Assembly: GCA_963665295.1 (NCBI GenBank)
Contig: OY762209.1
Coordinates: 4,736,001-4,800,000, forward strand
Source: Syntrophorhabdaceae bacterium
Lineage (GTDB): Bacteria; Desulfobacterota; Syntrophorhabdia; Syntrophorhabdales; Syntrophorhabdaceae
Direction: 5' to 3'
DNA: 64,000 nt
The notes under the pieces were generated by a model. It had not been told where the DNA came from. It did not search any database and saw nothing but the letters and a program-made list of their open reading frames with translations. Below are positions 27,271 to 38,057 of the stretch, piece after piece. The first letter of the stretch is position 1, and each line of letters starts with the position of its first letter. Position numbers and translations under genes: made by a program.

Positions 27271-27954
27271 TTACGCGGCAGGGAAAAGTTCCCCATCTAT
27301 CATATTGAATCTTCTCCTGCCTATCGCGCCTATCTCAGGGTCGTGAGTGACAAGGATAAGAGTGGAAGAGAGTTTTTCGTTCACGGAGAGAATGTAGTTG
27401 AGCACCTCGCGCCCCGTTTTCCGGTCCAGGTTGCCCGTCGGCTCATCGGCAAGGATCACCTCGGGCTGGCTCACAAGGGCCCGCGCGGTGGCAACACGCT
27501 GCTGTTCGCCTCCCGACAACTCCCCCGGTTTGTGGTTCTTCCTCGCGGCGAGGCCCATGATCTCAAGGAAGGCTTCGGACTTTGCCGTCGCCTCCGCCAT
27601 GGCCATGCGCCGGATCAAAAGGGGCATCCTGATATTCTCGATCACGTTGAAATCCTGAAGCAGATGATAGAACTGGAAGACAAACCCTATATTCTCATTC
27701 CTGAACCGGCTTGCCTCGTCTTCAGAAAAGCGATGGACGTTCCGTCCCCTGAACAGTATCTCCCCTTCCGTCGGCTGGTCGAGAGCGCCCAGTATATGGA
27801 GGAACGTGCTCTTCCCTGCGCCGGACGGCCCCATTATGGTAATCAAATCACCCTTTTCCACCTCAAGATCAACCCCTTTTATTACATTGATCTCTACGCC
27901 GTTCTTTTTGTATGTTTTTTGGAGCCCTTTTACGCTCAGTATCGTCTCACTCAT
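27271..27954 (-). CDS. lolD: Lipoprotein-releasing ABC ATPase
   Basis: [27 protein letters not shown]; follows lolC/E. Confidence 0.9.
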   Translation of the reverse strand: MSETILSVKGLQKTYKKNGVEINVIKGVDLEVEKGDLITIMGPSGAGKSTFLHILGALDQPTEGEILFRGRNVHRFSEDEASRFRNENIGFVFQFYHLLQDFNVIENIRMPLLIRRMAMAEATAKSEAFLEIMGLAARKNHKPGELSGGEQQRVATARALVSQPEVILADEPTGNLDRKTGREVLNYILSVNEKLSSTLILVTHDPEIGAIGRRRFNMIDGELFPAA

Positions 27955-29149
27955 AACGCAGCGTCTCCACAGGGTCTATTTTTGCCGCCCTATAGGACGG
28001 GTAAAGAGTGGCGAGAATACAGATACATGTAGTCACGAGGGCCAGCAGAAACACGTCGAACACGCTGATCTTCATGGGCAGGGTGCTTATATAGTAGATG
28101 TCCTTCGGCAGCGTGATAATCTTGTACCTTTGCTGTATCTCGCAAAGCAGGTAACCGCTGAGGGACCCTATGAGGGCGCCGAAAATACCTATGGTTATAC
28201 CCTCCACCATGAATATCTTCATAATGCTCTTCTTTTTCGCCCCTATGGCCTTCAGGATGGCCACGTCTTTCCTCTTCTCCATGACGGTCATGATGAGGGA
28301 GCTTACGATATTGAAGCTTGCAACTACTATGATGAGGGCCAGGATGATGAACATGGCGATCTTTTCGAGCTTGAGCGCCGAGAAGAGGTTCCTGTTCATC
28401 TGTATCCATGTGCGGGCAAAATATCCCGGACCGAGACGCCTGATGATCTCCTTCTGTATCTCGTTGGCCTTGTACACGTCGGCAATCTTCACTTCTATAC
28501 CCGTCGGCCCAAGGCCGAACATGCTCTCCACATCGGCGAGAGACATGATAATGAGGGTATTGTCGATCTCATACATGCCCGTCTCGAATATACCGCCTAC
28601 CCGTACCTTAACCGTTTCCGGCACCGCCCCCATGGGAGAAACACCGCCGAAGGGCACCATAAGGGTAAAGGCATCTCCATTGAACAATCCCAGGTGACTT
28701 GCGATCTCCTTGCCGATAAGGATGGTGCCCGGCTTCGCCAGGGCGTCTATCCTGCCTTCCTTCACGAGTCCCGACATGAACCTTATCTCGTCGGGATTGA
28801 GGGACTTTACCGCCACCCCCGAAAGCTGGGCCCCTCTCTGGACGATAGCCTGAAAGGTGACATAGGGAAACACGTGGGTCACGCCAGGAATCTTCCTGAC
28901 TGTCTCGAGGGTCTCCTTTGAGGCCCCGGCCACGCCGCGCTGGTCCCAACCGATGACAATATGGGGGTTGATGCCCAGTATCCGTTCCCTGATCTCGTCC
29001 TGAAACCCCGTCATTACCGCAATGACCACGATCAGGGCCATTACTCCTATGGCGATACCCGCCACGGACATCCAGGTAGTGAAAGAGATGAACGCCTCTT
29101 TCCTCTTGGAGCGAAGATACCTTAATCCGACACTGGTCTCGTATTTCAT
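27947..29149 (-). CDS. Lipoprotein-releasing ABC permease LolC/E
   Basis: RYLRSKRKEAFISF..GIAIGVMALIVVIAVMTGF; C-terminal [18 protein letters not shown]. Confidence 0.92.
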   Translation of the reverse strand: MKYETSVGLRYLRSKRKEAFISFTTWMSVAGIAIGVMALIVVIAVMTGFQDEIRERILGINPHIVIGWDQRGVAGASKETLETVRKIPGVTHVFPYVTFQAIVQRGAQLSGVAVKSLNPDEIRFMSGLVKEGRIDALAKPGTILIGKEIASHLGLFNGDAFTLMVPFGGVSPMGAVPETVKVRVGGIFETGMYEIDNTLIIMSLADVESMFGLGPTGIEVKIADVYKANEIQKEIIRRLGPGYFARTWIQMNRNLFSALKLEKIAMFIILALIIVVASFNIVSSLIMTVMEKRKDVAILKAIGAKKKSIMKIFMVEGITIGIFGALIGSLSGYLLCEIQQRYKIITLPKDIYYISTLPMKISVFDVFLLALVTTCICILATLYPSYRAAKIDPVETLRYE

Positions 29150-30609
29150 GGCCTCAAAAGCGGAAAGAGGATCACCTCGCGTATGGACTGGCTGTCGGTG
29201 AGAAGCATGGTAAGCCGGTCTATGCCTATGCCTTCCCCCGACGTGGGAGGCAGCCCGTATTCAAGGGCGGTAATGTAATCCTCGTCCATCATGGCCCCTT
29301 CTTCCTTTTCCCTGATCTGTTCGAGGAAACGGGCGGCCTGGTCCTCCGGGTCATTCAACTCATTGAAGCCGTTGGCGATTTCCATGCCGGAAATATAGAG
29401 TTCGAACCTTTCCGTAATCTCGGGCCTTTCCTTGCTCCGTTTTGCCAGAGGAGATACTTCCACGGGGTAGTGGGTGACGAATGTAGGCTGTATCAACTGT
29501 TTCTCGCACAATTCCTCGAAAATCCTCGTAATCAGCTTGCCCTTCGTGTCCTTGTCCACGTCCTCGATCTCCAGGCCTTTGGCAAAAGATACGAGAGTCT
29601 GCATGTCGTCGGCCTTTCCGAGATCGAACCCCCCGAATTCCTTCAGGGCGTCTTCCATGGCGATCTTCTTCCACGGGGGCGTGAAGTCTATCTCCCGGCC
29701 GCTGTACTCTATCTTGTAGCTCCCATACAGTTCAAGCACGAGGGAAGAGACCATATCCTCGGTAAGGGCCATATTGTCCTCGTAAGTTGCGTAGGCCTGG
29801 TAGAATTCAAGCATGGTGAATTCGGGGTTATGGCGAACCGAGATACCCTCGTTCCGAAAGTTCCTGTTTACCTCGAACACCCTCTCCATTCCTCCCACCA
29901 CGAGGCGTTTCAGGTAGAGTTCCGGCGCGATCCTCAGATAAAGGTCCATACCGAGGGCATTGTGATGGGTCACAAAAGGTTTGGCCACGGCCCCGCCCAG
30001 GATGGTGTGCATCATGGGGGTCTCCACTTCCACGAAATCCCTCTTGACGAAATAACTCCTTATGAATTCAATAATTTTCGCACGTTTTATAAAGACTTCC
30101 TTTACCTTTTCATTTACGATCAGATCAAGGTACCTTTTCCTGTACCGCTCCTCCACGTCCTTGAGACCATGCCATTTTTCCGGCAAGGGCCGAAGCGACT
30201 TGGTAAGGAGCTTCACCTCTTCCGCAAGGATGGTGAGTTCTCCCGTTTTGGTCTTGAAGACCTTGCCCGTTACGCCGATAATATCGGAGATGTCGAATTT
30301 CTTGAAGATATCGAAGGTAGGGCTTTTCAGGATGTCCTTCCTCACGTAAGCCTGTATCCGGCCTTTCCGGTCCTGGATGTGCAGGAAAGCGCTCTTGCCG
30401 AAATCCCTGAAGGCCATGATCCGGCCGGCTACAGCCACCCGTTCCTCCACCTTTTCAAGCTCGTCGTGATCCAGTGCGCCGAACCGGCTCTCCACGTCCA
30501 GGGTGGTCGTGTAAGGACCCCTGTCCTGCGGATAGGTCTCCACACCCTGTTCCCGCAACTGCTTTTCCTTATCTTTTCTTACCGCCACAAGTTCATTTAT
30601 CGGTTCCAT
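29146..30609 (-). CDS. lysS: Lysine--tRNA ligase (class II)
   Basis: LPEKWHGL, YLRIAPELYLKRL, FRNEG..HNPEF, GIGIDRL. Confidence 0.97.
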   Translation of the reverse strand: MEPINELVAVRKDKEKQLREQGVETYPQDRGPYTTTLDVESRFGALDHDELEKVEERVAVAGRIMAFRDFGKSAFLHIQDRKGRIQAYVRKDILKSPTFDIFKKFDISDIIGVTGKVFKTKTGELTILAEEVKLLTKSLRPLPEKWHGLKDVEERYRKRYLDLIVNEKVKEVFIKRAKIIEFIRSYFVKRDFVEVETPMMHTILGGAVAKPFVTHHNALGMDLYLRIAPELYLKRLVVGGMERVFEVNRNFRNEGISVRHNPEFTMLEFYQAYATYEDNMALTEDMVSSLVLELYGSYKIEYSGREIDFTPPWKKIAMEDALKEFGGFDLGKADDMQTLVSFAKGLEIEDVDKDTKGKLITRIFEELCEKQLIQPTFVTHYPVEVSPLAKRSKERPEITERFELYISGMEIANGFNELNDPEDQAARFLEQIREKEEGAMMDEDYITALEYGLPPTSGEGIGIDRLTMLLTDSQSIREVILFPLLRP

Positions 30610-31888
30610 TCTCTTCCTCCCGTATCTCCACTATAACATCATAATCCATAGTTTTCACTACTTTACCTTCTCTAATCTCTCCTATCTTCCCATTGCCCCT
30701 GACAAAGGCCAGTCCGTCGATATCCGGGGCCTGGGTGAGAAGCCTTCCCACCATGTGTTCACTCTCCTGCCCCTCTATGATGACCTTCACGGTCTTCCCC
30801 ATGAGACGGGTAAGGCGTTTCCTGGAAATCTCCTGCTGGACCTCCATAACCTTTCTGTACCTTTCCTGTTTGAGGCCCTTTCTTAACTGCCCCTTCATCT
30901 TGAAAGCAGGGGTGCCCTCTTCTTTCGAGTACATGAAGGCGCCCAGCATATCGAATTCCCATTTCCGCACAAAGGCCATGAGGTTCAGGAAATCGTCCTC
31001 CGTCTCTCCGGGAAATCCGAGAATAAGGGTAGTCCTGAGTGTCATGTCGGGCACTTTAGCCCTGATATTGTCCAGTAGTCCTTCAAGCTGGGCCTTGGTG
31101 TATCCCCTTCGCATCGCGCGGAGAATGGAATCTTCCGAGTGCTGGATGGGCATATCCATATAGGGGATGATCCTGTCTTCGCGGCCCATCATATCGATAA
31201 GCTCGCTGTCCACCCCCCTGGGATGCAGGTAAAGCAGCCTCAGATAATAATCCCCTTCCGTTTCGAGGAGGGATGCAAGGAGCCCTTTGAGGCTCGCACC
31301 CGTATGTCTTCCGAAAGAGGTGATATCCTGACCCACTATGTTGATCTCCTTGAAGCCCTCGGAAAGAAGCCAGAGGAACTCCTCTTTCACGCTTGCCGCG
31401 TCTCTGCTCACGAGGGGGCCGCGGATATCCGGCACCGTGCAGTAACTGCACCTGTTATCGCAACCCTCCTGTATCTTGAGATATGCCGACGGGCCGCTCG
31501 TCAGGACTTTCCGCGGGAAGGTCTCGGAGAAGGCGCCCTCTTTGATGATCATACCGTGTTCGCCCATGAGGCCGCCGATCTCGCGGTAAGAGCCTCTCCC
31601 CACAAAGAGGTCCACCTCGGGCATCAGGTCTTTCAGGCTATCCCTGTAGCGTTCCACAAGACATCCGGTGACTACCAGCTTCCTGCCGGTCCCCTGTCCT
31701 GCCTCGGCCTCCTGGAGGACGGTTTCTATCGATTCCTTTGCCGCATCGCTGATGAAGGCGCACGTGTTTACGATGACCGTGTCGCACTCTTCGGAAAGGA
31801 TATGACCCTCCTTTTCCAACTGATGTGCAATATATTCCGACTCCACAAGGTTCTTCGGACATCCGAGGCTTATTATCTTAAATCTCAA
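30593..31888 (-). CDS. rimO: Ribosomal protein S12 methylthiotransferase
   Basis: SLGCPKNLVESE, NTCAFI, radical SAM CDNRCSYC, C-terminal QAPDIDG. Confidence 0.92.
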   Translation of the reverse strand: MRFKIISLGCPKNLVESEYIAHQLEKEGHILSEECDTVIVNTCAFISDAAKESIETVLQEAEAGQGTGRKLVVTGCLVERYRDSLKDLMPEVDLFVGRGSYREIGGLMGEHGMIIKEGAFSETFPRKVLTSGPSAYLKIQEGCDNRCSYCTVPDIRGPLVSRDAASVKEEFLWLLSEGFKEINIVGQDITSFGRHTGASLKGLLASLLETEGDYYLRLLYLHPRGVDSELIDMMGREDRIIPYMDMPIQHSEDSILRAMRRGYTKAQLEGLLDNIRAKVPDMTLRTTLILGFPGETEDDFLNLMAFVRKWEFDMLGAFMYSKEEGTPAFKMKGQLRKGLKQERYRKVMEVQQEISRKRLTRLMGKTVKVIIEGQESEHMVGRLLTQAPDIDGLAFVRGNGKIGEIREGKVVKTMDYDVIVEIREEENGTDK

Positions 31889-31900
31889 CTATTAACTCCT

Positions 31901-32722
31901 TCACCTTAAAATTATACACTTTTCCCCGCATTCTACCTTTCTCCTACCCGTACATCCCGCGCTGATGCCCACCTTATGGCAAAGGAGGAAATCGTATTTC
32001 AAAGGGTCTTCCGGGCAAAATGACCGCAATGCCTTTGTGATGTCCAGGGCAGCGTTCCACGAGGGGCTTTTTCTTTTCGTCCAGCCCAGGCATGTCCCTA
32101 TCTTGAAGAGATGGGTATCGAGGGGCACCATAAGGTCTTTCGTATCCATGAAGTCCCAGAGTCCCCGGTCGATCTCGTCCTTCCTTACCATCCACCTGAG
32201 GAAGAGGTTCCACCTTTTGAGGGGGTTCGACTTGAGGGGCTTGGGGAAGAAGAAGATAAGGTCCCTGTCGTTCCGGAAAAGCCGCTCCCTTAGCCGCCAT
32301 ATGGTCCGCCTCGTATCCTCTTCATACAATGTCTCAAACATTCTTCCTATACTACCGTATTCATTAAGTATTTTGCTGATGGCCGTCAAAAGGCCCTTTA
32401 TCTCCTCTTCTTTCTGAAACCTGTAATAGAGGCCGTCCATGGCCGACCAGTCCCCTGCCTTTACAAACGCCGCGGGGCTCGCCCCCATGCGCTCAAAGAG
32501 ATTGCCCAGGAATCGCTTCATCACCTCGATCCGCCCGTAGGCAAACTGGGAGGCGAGAAATCCGACAACCTCCATGTCTCCGGCCTCCTGGTATCTATGG
32601 ACAAACTCCACCGGGTCATTGCCGATAAGATGGACAAGACTGCTTTCTTCCTTCTTATATATCTCTTCGAGCTTAATTATCTGTTCCCTGGTGGTATTGT
32701 TGTGGAAATAGCGTAAAATCAG
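31901..32722 (-). CDS. TIGR02757-family protein (start probably non-canonical, upstream of GTG 32611)
   Basis: NDPVEFVHRY..FAYG, KRWNLFLRWMVR, VPLDTH, DPLKYDF. Frame open upstream to 32740 with no ATG/GTG/TTG; 5' coordinate tentative. Confidence 0.8.
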   Translation of the reverse strand: MILRYFHNNTTREQIIKLEEIYKKEESSLVHLIGNDPVEFVHRYQEAGDMEVVGFLASQFAYGRIEVMKRFLGNLFERMGASPAAFVKAGDWSAMDGLYYRFQKEEEIKGLLTAISKILNEYGSIGRMFETLYEEDTRRTIWRLRERLFRNDRDLIFFFPKPLKSNPLKRWNLFLRWMVRKDEIDRGLWDFMDTKDLMVPLDTHLFKIGTCLGWTKRKSPSWNAALDITKALRSFCPEDPLKYDFLLCHKVGISAGCTGRRKVECGEKCIILR

Positions 32723-33285
32723 GGGCTTGGAAATAAACCCTTATCTAATATCTTAACCACTTTTCCTTTCCACTCTTTTATATGTTCAGCCACATTGCGC
32801 GCCGATTCTTCTCTGGCATGGTCCCATTCTTCCCACGCCTCCACGTTCGGTTCGAGACCGTCTCCCGTAATGCCCATCCCGTGAAGCCGTTCCGTCACCC
32901 GCTCCCTGATGAGGCCCTCTTTTGCCTCCAACTCCCTGAGAAAGTCCTCCCGGATCGTTTCGAATTCATCCATGAGCGCTCCGGGCAGGTCTCCTGCCGC
33001 GCGCCTGAAAAGAGGCAGCAGGCGGGTATTATCCCCGGTAATATCAATCTCGTCGAGGAGAAGTCCGACAAGGAGGCTTTTCTTAAGGGCCGGGTCGGCC
33101 TTTACCTCTTCGATCTCGCTCATTGCCCCGTCCGCTCCTGTCATGCCTTCAAGATATCTTCTCAGTATGGCCTTTACCTTGTTCTCCGCTTCTTTCTTAC
33201 GGGACTCTCTCTTCTCCTCATCGTCCATGACGAGGTTTTTCGTCCTCTCCATTGCCAGTTCTATTGCACTCTTTATCTCGGCCAT
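32719..33285 (-). CDS. Conserved hypothetical helical protein
   Basis: MAEIKSAIELAMERTK start, coiled-coil character, operon position. Confidence 0.75.
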   Translation of the reverse strand: MAEIKSAIELAMERTKNLVMDDEEKRESRKKEAENKVKAILRRYLEGMTGADGAMSEIEEVKADPALKKSLLVGLLLDEIDITGDNTRLLPLFRRAAGDLPGALMDEFETIREDFLRELEAKEGLIRERVTERLHGMGITGDGLEPNVEAWEEWDHAREESARNVAEHIKEWKGKVVKILDKGLFPSP

Positions 33286-33294
33286 ACTCTTTCC

Positions 33295-33726
33295 TCAAGC
33301 ACTTCGATTTGTTCCGCCGGAAGCCGGTGCGACATCGCCGAACTCCATGGCCACCGTGTCTTCCGAAACGTACTTCTGCGGGCTATATTCTACAACAAGT
33401 GTGTCTTCCATTCCATAGAAGATGTGGCCGCACCGGGGGCTGATGAACATCTTTTCCCCTTTCCCCACAATATATTCCCTTCTCTCGCCCGTGTCCGTAT
33501 CGATGCAGATCCCATACATCCGGCCATCGATTACATAGAAGGTCTCTTCCTTTTCCTTATGGTAATGGCCGCCCCTCATATACCCTTTCTTCAGCTCAAA
33601 GAATGCGAGGTGTCTTATTTCCTCACCATAGGATATCTGGGCAAACTCGCCCTTGTCCTCCACCCATCTCTTCGCGCCCAATACGTCTTTCGTCTCGGGC
33701 AGTTTCCATATTCTCACTTTATTCAT
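33295..33726 (-). CDS. Cupin-fold protein (sugar isomerase/epimerase-like)
   Basis: RGGHYHKEKEETFYVIDG..GHIF cupin metal motifs. Confidence 0.8.
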   Translation of the reverse strand: MNKVRIWKLPETKDVLGAKRWVEDKGEFAQISYGEEIRHLAFFELKKGYMRGGHYHKEKEETFYVIDGRMYGICIDTDTGERREYIVGKGEKMFISPRCGHIFYGMEDTLVVEYSPQKYVSEDTVAMEFGDVAPASGGTNRSA

Positions 33727-33818
33727 CTCGAAAGCCTTTCATCGGAATGTGCCGCGTATATACTAACAGATATGGCCCCGACCCGCAACGCAGAAGGGCG
33801 GCGCGTTACGATGAAGCC

Positions 33819-33847
33819 TTGAAAATCCTTGCAATAGGCGGTATATT
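33819..33847 (+). promoter_or_regulatory. Sigma70 promoter of the htpX operon
   Basis: TTGAAA-N17-TATATT. Confidence 0.55.
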
Positions 33848-33879
33848 AATTTGAGATATTACGTAGCGGGGAGAGGTAC

Positions 33880-34731
33880 ATGAACCAGATGAAAACATTC
33901 TTTCTGATGGTTGTTTTGACGGTCATACTCGTAGCCCTGGGCGGCCTCATCGGAGGCACGTCAGGAGCCCAGATCGCTTTTTTTATCGCCCTGGCGATGA
34001 ATTTCGTGAGCTACTGGTTTTGCGACAAGATCGTACTCACCATGTATCACGCGAAGCAGGTCACCGAGGCCGAGGCGCCTCAGCTTTACAGGATCGTGGC
34101 TTCCCTTGCCCAGAAGGCGTCCCTGCCCATGCCGAGGGTGTACATTATCGACAGCGAGAGCCCCAATGCCTTCGCCACAGGAAGGAACCCGGAACATGGC
34201 GTTGTCGCGGTTACCGAGGGCATAATGCGGATTCTCTCCCCCAATGAACTTGAAGGTGTGCTGGCCCACGAAATGTCCCACATAAAACACAGGGACATAC
34301 TTATCCAGTCAGTAGCCGCTGCCATCGGTGGAGCTATCACCATGATTGCCAACTGGGCGCGTTTCGCCGCCATCTTCGGAGGCGGGGGCCGCGACGATGA
34401 GGGAGGGGGCAATATCTTCGGCGTGATCATTTTCTCCATGTTTGCCGCTTTTGCCGCCATGCTCATTCAACTTGCCATCTCAAGATCAAGGGAGTATCTT
34501 GCCGATGACGGGGGGGCCCTTCTTACGGGCAACCCGCTTTTCCTCGCGGGGGCCTTGAAGAAACTGAACGCCGGGGTGGCACGGAGCCCCATGAACGACG
34601 CGAATCCGTCGACTGCGCCCCTGTTCATCGTAAACCCTTTCAGCGCGAAAGGCATTCTCTCCCTTTTCAGCACCCATCCTCCCATAGAAGAAAGGATCAG
34701 GAGACTGGAGGATATGGCTTATAAACGATAA
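33880..34731 (+). CDS. htpX: Zinc metalloprotease HtpX
   Basis: [37 protein letters not shown]. Confidence 0.95.
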   Translation: MNQMKTFFLMVVLTVILVALGGLIGGTSGAQIAFFIALAMNFVSYWFCDKIVLTMYHAKQVTEAEAPQLYRIVASLAQKASLPMPRVYIIDSESPNAFATGRNPEHGVVAVTEGIMRILSPNELEGVLAHEMSHIKHRDILIQSVAAAIGGAITMIANWARFAAIFGGGGRDDEGGGNIFGVIIFSMFAAFAAMLIQLAISRSREYLADDGGALLTGNPLFLAGALKKLNAGVARSPMNDANPSTAPLFIVNPFSAKGILSLFSTHPPIEERIRRLEDMAYKR

Positions 34732-35998
34732 TTTCGGAGACACATTAAGGTCGCTTTCAATAAGGATTATAAGAGACGTGGAAGATGGCGCCTTCCTCGA
34801 TGAAACGGTGAATAACTGTTTCTCGGAACCTGATGTCGCCGAGTCCGTGAAGGGACTCGTCTATCAAATCGTATCCGGGGTTATCAGGCGGAAAGGTTAT
34901 TTCGACTGGGTGCTTTCGCGGATGCTGAGAAAGGATGTACAAAAGGACATCCGGTACCTCCTCTGGATCAGCCTCTACCAGATCTCGTTCATGAAGAAGG
35001 CCCACTATCACGTGGTCATGGAGGCGGTGGAGTACGCGAAGCAGCAGAATGGGAGCGGCGTCGCAAACTTCGTAAACGCCATCCTGCGAAGGTTCATCAG
35101 GGAAAGAGATACCTTCTCTTATCCCGAAGCTCCGGTCCTGAGGCTCTCCATCGTCCATTCCTTTCCTGAATGGCTGGTGAAAAGGTGGCTCAAGTGGTTC
35201 GGGGTTGAGGAAACGGAACGCCTCCTCACCATCCTCAACGAGACCCCTGACTTCACCATCCGGATCGACCCGGGGAAGGCTTCAAGAGAAGAAGTCACGG
35301 CGGAACTCGAAGCAAGGGGCATAGAGACCCGGCCGGGAAGATTCCTGGATTCGGCCATCCACGTCGACAGGCTGGCCCCTCTCCTCAGTGATCGCCTCTT
35401 CGAGGAGAAAGTGATCACCATTCAGGATGAGACTTCCCAACTTGTAGCCTCCGCCGTTGATGCCAGGGACGGTGATTATGTCCTCGACGCATGCGCGGGC
35501 CTCGGCACCAAGACGCGGCAACTCCGAGAGACCTCGCCGGGCGCGATATTCGTGGCCATGGATACAAATATGAAACGCCTTGGGCTCACCACGGACACTA
35601 CGAACCTCGTGAGGGGAGACGGGGTGAGGAGTCCCTTCAGGAAGGACTTTTTCGATGTCATACTCGTTGACGCCCCGTGTTCTTCCATGGGCATCATACG
35701 GAAGCATCCGGAAATCAAATGGCGGAGGAAGGAAGCGGACATAAAGCGCTTCGGCAATTATCAGTTAGACTTGCTCCGAAGTCTGTGGGATAATCTCAAG
35801 AGAGGGGGCCGCCTGGTATACAGTGTCTGCTCCTTCGAACCGGAAGAGACCGCAGGTGTTCTGGAAAGGTTCCGCAAGGAAAGGGAGTTTCTTCTTGAAA
35901 ACCCTTTGCCTCATTTGTTTACGACCGAATGTTTCCTGTCCTTGCCCCAGGAAACGGGCATGGATGGATTCTTTATCGCAAGGTTGAGAAAACCATGA
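34721..35998 (+). CDS. rsmB: 16S rRNA m5C967 methyltransferase (start probably upstream of GTG 34778)
   Basis: NusB-like N-domain, [41 protein letters not shown]. 5' coordinate tentative. Confidence 0.88.
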   Translation: MNDNFGDTLRSLSIRIIRDVEDGAFLDETVNNCFSEPDVAESVKGLVYQIVSGVIRRKGYFDWVLSRMLRKDVQKDIRYLLWISLYQISFMKKAHYHVVMEAVEYAKQQNGSGVANFVNAILRRFIRERDTFSYPEAPVLRLSIVHSFPEWLVKRWLKWFGVEETERLLTILNETPDFTIRIDPGKASREEVTAELEARGIETRPGRFLDSAIHVDRLAPLLSDRLFEEKVITIQDETSQLVASAVDARDGDYVLDACAGLGTKTRQLRETSPGAIFVAMDTNMKRLGLTTDTTNLVRGDGVRSPFRKDFFDVILVDAPCSSMGIIRKHPEIKWRRKEADIKRFGNYQLDLLRSLWDNLKRGGRLVYSVCSFEPEETAGVLERFRKEREFLLENPLPHLFTTECFLSLPQETGMDGFFIARLRKP

Positions 35999-36696
35999 AA
36001 TGGAAAAGGGGTATCCTCTATCTTCTTGTTCCCATAGTAGTCTTCATCATGTCGTCATACATGACCATAAATATCCTCCTCAAAACAGGCGGCACCGTGG
36101 TCTGCCCCGACGTGAGAGGCCAGAAGGTGGAGGACGCGAAGCGCCTTGCCGAGGGCAGGGGCCTCTCCATCGCCGTGCTGAGATATGAACCAAGAACCGA
36201 TGTGCCTTACGGCTATATCACCGTGCAGAAGCCGGAGGCGAATATCACCATCAGGAAGGGCCGCGTGGTGAACGTCCTTGTTTCCGAGGGCCCCCAACAG
36301 GTCGGGCTCCCCAATGTGACGAACCAACTGCTGGAAGAAGCCGAGGCAACCCTGAAACAGAAGCAGTTGGAGGTAGAGAAGACCGTCCTCGTACCGCACA
36401 AGAAGGTCGGTAAGGTGATCGCCCAGATCCCGAAGGGAGACACGAAGGTGCTCGAGGGAAGCGGCGTTACCCTTTTTGTGGGAAAGGACCCACAGGTTTA
36501 CTATCTCATGCCCGATACCAGGAGCGCTGATATAACCGCCCTTTCCGAGGAGATGGACAGCAAGAAGATCAAATATAAAATATCGTACACGAGAGACGAT
36601 TCCACCCTGGCGACAGGGACAAAAACGGCGGCAACGCCGGCCAGGGTAATCTTCAGTGGCGATGACGATGTGGTAATAAATGCGAGTGGAGGATAA
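35995..36696 (+). CDS. Membrane-anchored PASTA-domain protein
   Basis: TM segment, then VCPDVRG..VPYGYITVQKP..VSEGP and LPNVTN..GKVIAQ. Confidence 0.88.
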   Translation: MKWKRGILYLLVPIVVFIMSSYMTINILLKTGGTVVCPDVRGQKVEDAKRLAEGRGLSIAVLRYEPRTDVPYGYITVQKPEANITIRKGRVVNVLVSEGPQQVGLPNVTNQLLEEAEATLKQKQLEVEKTVLVPHKKVGKVIAQIPKGDTKVLEGSGVTLFVGKDPQVYYLMPDTRSADITALSEEMDSKKIKYKISYTRDDSTLATGTKTAATPARVIFSGDDDVVINASGG

Positions 36697-36697
36697 T

Positions 36698-37363
36698 ATG
36701 AAAAAGATCCTGATAGCGCCCTCCATCCTGTCCTGCAAGTTCTCAAAGTTGGGACAGGAGATCAGGGAGGTCGAAAAAGCGGGAGCGGACCTTATCCATG
36801 TGGATGTAATGGACGGCCATTTCGTGCCGAATATTACCATAGGCCCCCTTGTCGTCCGGGCAGTGAAGGAAGTGTCGTCAATACCCCTCGATGTGCACCT
36901 CATGATAGCGAACCCGGGGAAATACGTAGCCGATTTCATCGAGGCGGGAGCGGACATCATCACCCTCCACGTGGAAACGGACGACCATATCTTCCGTACT
37001 ATAGATGAGATAAAGTCCTTCGGGAAGAAAGCCGGGGTCTCCATCAACCCCTCCACGCCCGAAGATACCCTGAAATACATTATCGACGTGGTCGATATGA
37101 TCCTGGTCATGACCGTCAATCCGGGCTTCGGAGGTCAGAAGTACATCCACTCCATGGAACCCAAGATAAGAAGAACGAGGCAGATGATAGAGGAATCCGG
37201 AAGGGAGATCGACCTCGAGGCAGACGGCGGCATAAAGGCCCAGAATGTGAAGCAGGTCGTGGACGCGGGCGCCAATGTCCTGGTCATGGGCACGGAGATA
37301 TTCCACAGCGAGGACTATGCCGCGAAGATCCAAGAGATCAGAAAGGTGATAGGCGGGAAATGA
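36698..37363 (+). CDS. rpe: Ribulose-phosphate 3-epimerase
   Basis: IAPSILS, HVDVMDGHFVPNITIG, DVHLM, MTVNPGFGGQ, DGG. Confidence 0.96.
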   Translation: MKKILIAPSILSCKFSKLGQEIREVEKAGADLIHVDVMDGHFVPNITIGPLVVRAVKEVSSIPLDVHLMIANPGKYVADFIEAGADIITLHVETDDHIFRTIDEIKSFGKKAGVSINPSTPEDTLKYIIDVVDMILVMTVNPGFGGQKYIHSMEPKIRRTRQMIEESGREIDLEADGGIKAQNVKQVVDAGANVLVMGTEIFHSEDYAAKIQEIRKVIGGK

Positions 37364-37400
37364 CCCTCCCGGAACAACAGGCGCCTGAGGTAACCCGTAC

Positions 37401-38057
37401 ATGGAACTGAAGAAACAAAAGGCCTACAAAAGCGTCTTTGATATGGCCTGCGCCGATTTTCTCCGTCTGGACCCGTCAACCCAATGCCGCAATGCGGGAG
37501 CGGACTATCGCGGGCAGGGGAGCGCCGGCAGTGTGGATATCCCCTACTTTGACGAAGTAATCACCCTCGGGCTGCCGGGGTTCTCATTCAAAAGCTCGAA
37601 GGACGTGAATGTGACCCTTGTGGCGAAGATCATCATCCTTCACTACCTGGTCAGGGCGCCGGATATGCCTTTAAAGGATGAACTGGTTGCATACGAGGAC
37701 ATACCGGGGGCGCGTCACTACCTCCCTGTATTCGAGAGAAGAGTGACCCGGCCTCTCGCCCTGGCCTTCGGCTACAACAGGGATGCCTTCGTGGAATCGG
37801 GGATTGCCCTGGGCGGCACAAAGGAAGACTACGGCAACGCCTCCTTCACCCTTACCATTCTCCCCCGCGTGCCCGTTACCTTCATTCTCTGGGAAGGGGA
37901 TGAGGAGTTCCCCCCCTCTGTGAGAACACTCTTCAATCCGTCTGTTTCCGCCTACCTGTCACTCGAAGATATTGTGGTCCTGTCCAAGATGGCCGTCACA
38001 AGGATAGTAAAAACAGCGCGAAAAAAATACGCCGGGGAGGAGATGAGTGATATTTAA
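37401..38057 (+). CDS. DUF3786-family protein
   Basis: IILHYL, LPRVPVTFILWEGDEEFP..LF..LSLEDI. Confidence 0.8.
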   Translation: MELKKQKAYKSVFDMACADFLRLDPSTQCRNAGADYRGQGSAGSVDIPYFDEVITLGLPGFSFKSSKDVNVTLVAKIIILHYLVRAPDMPLKDELVAYEDIPGARHYLPVFERRVTRPLALAFGYNRDAFVESGIALGGTKEDYGNASFTLTILPRVPVTFILWEGDEEFPPSVRTLFNPSVSAYLSLEDIVVLSKMAVTRIVKTARKKYAGEEMSDI

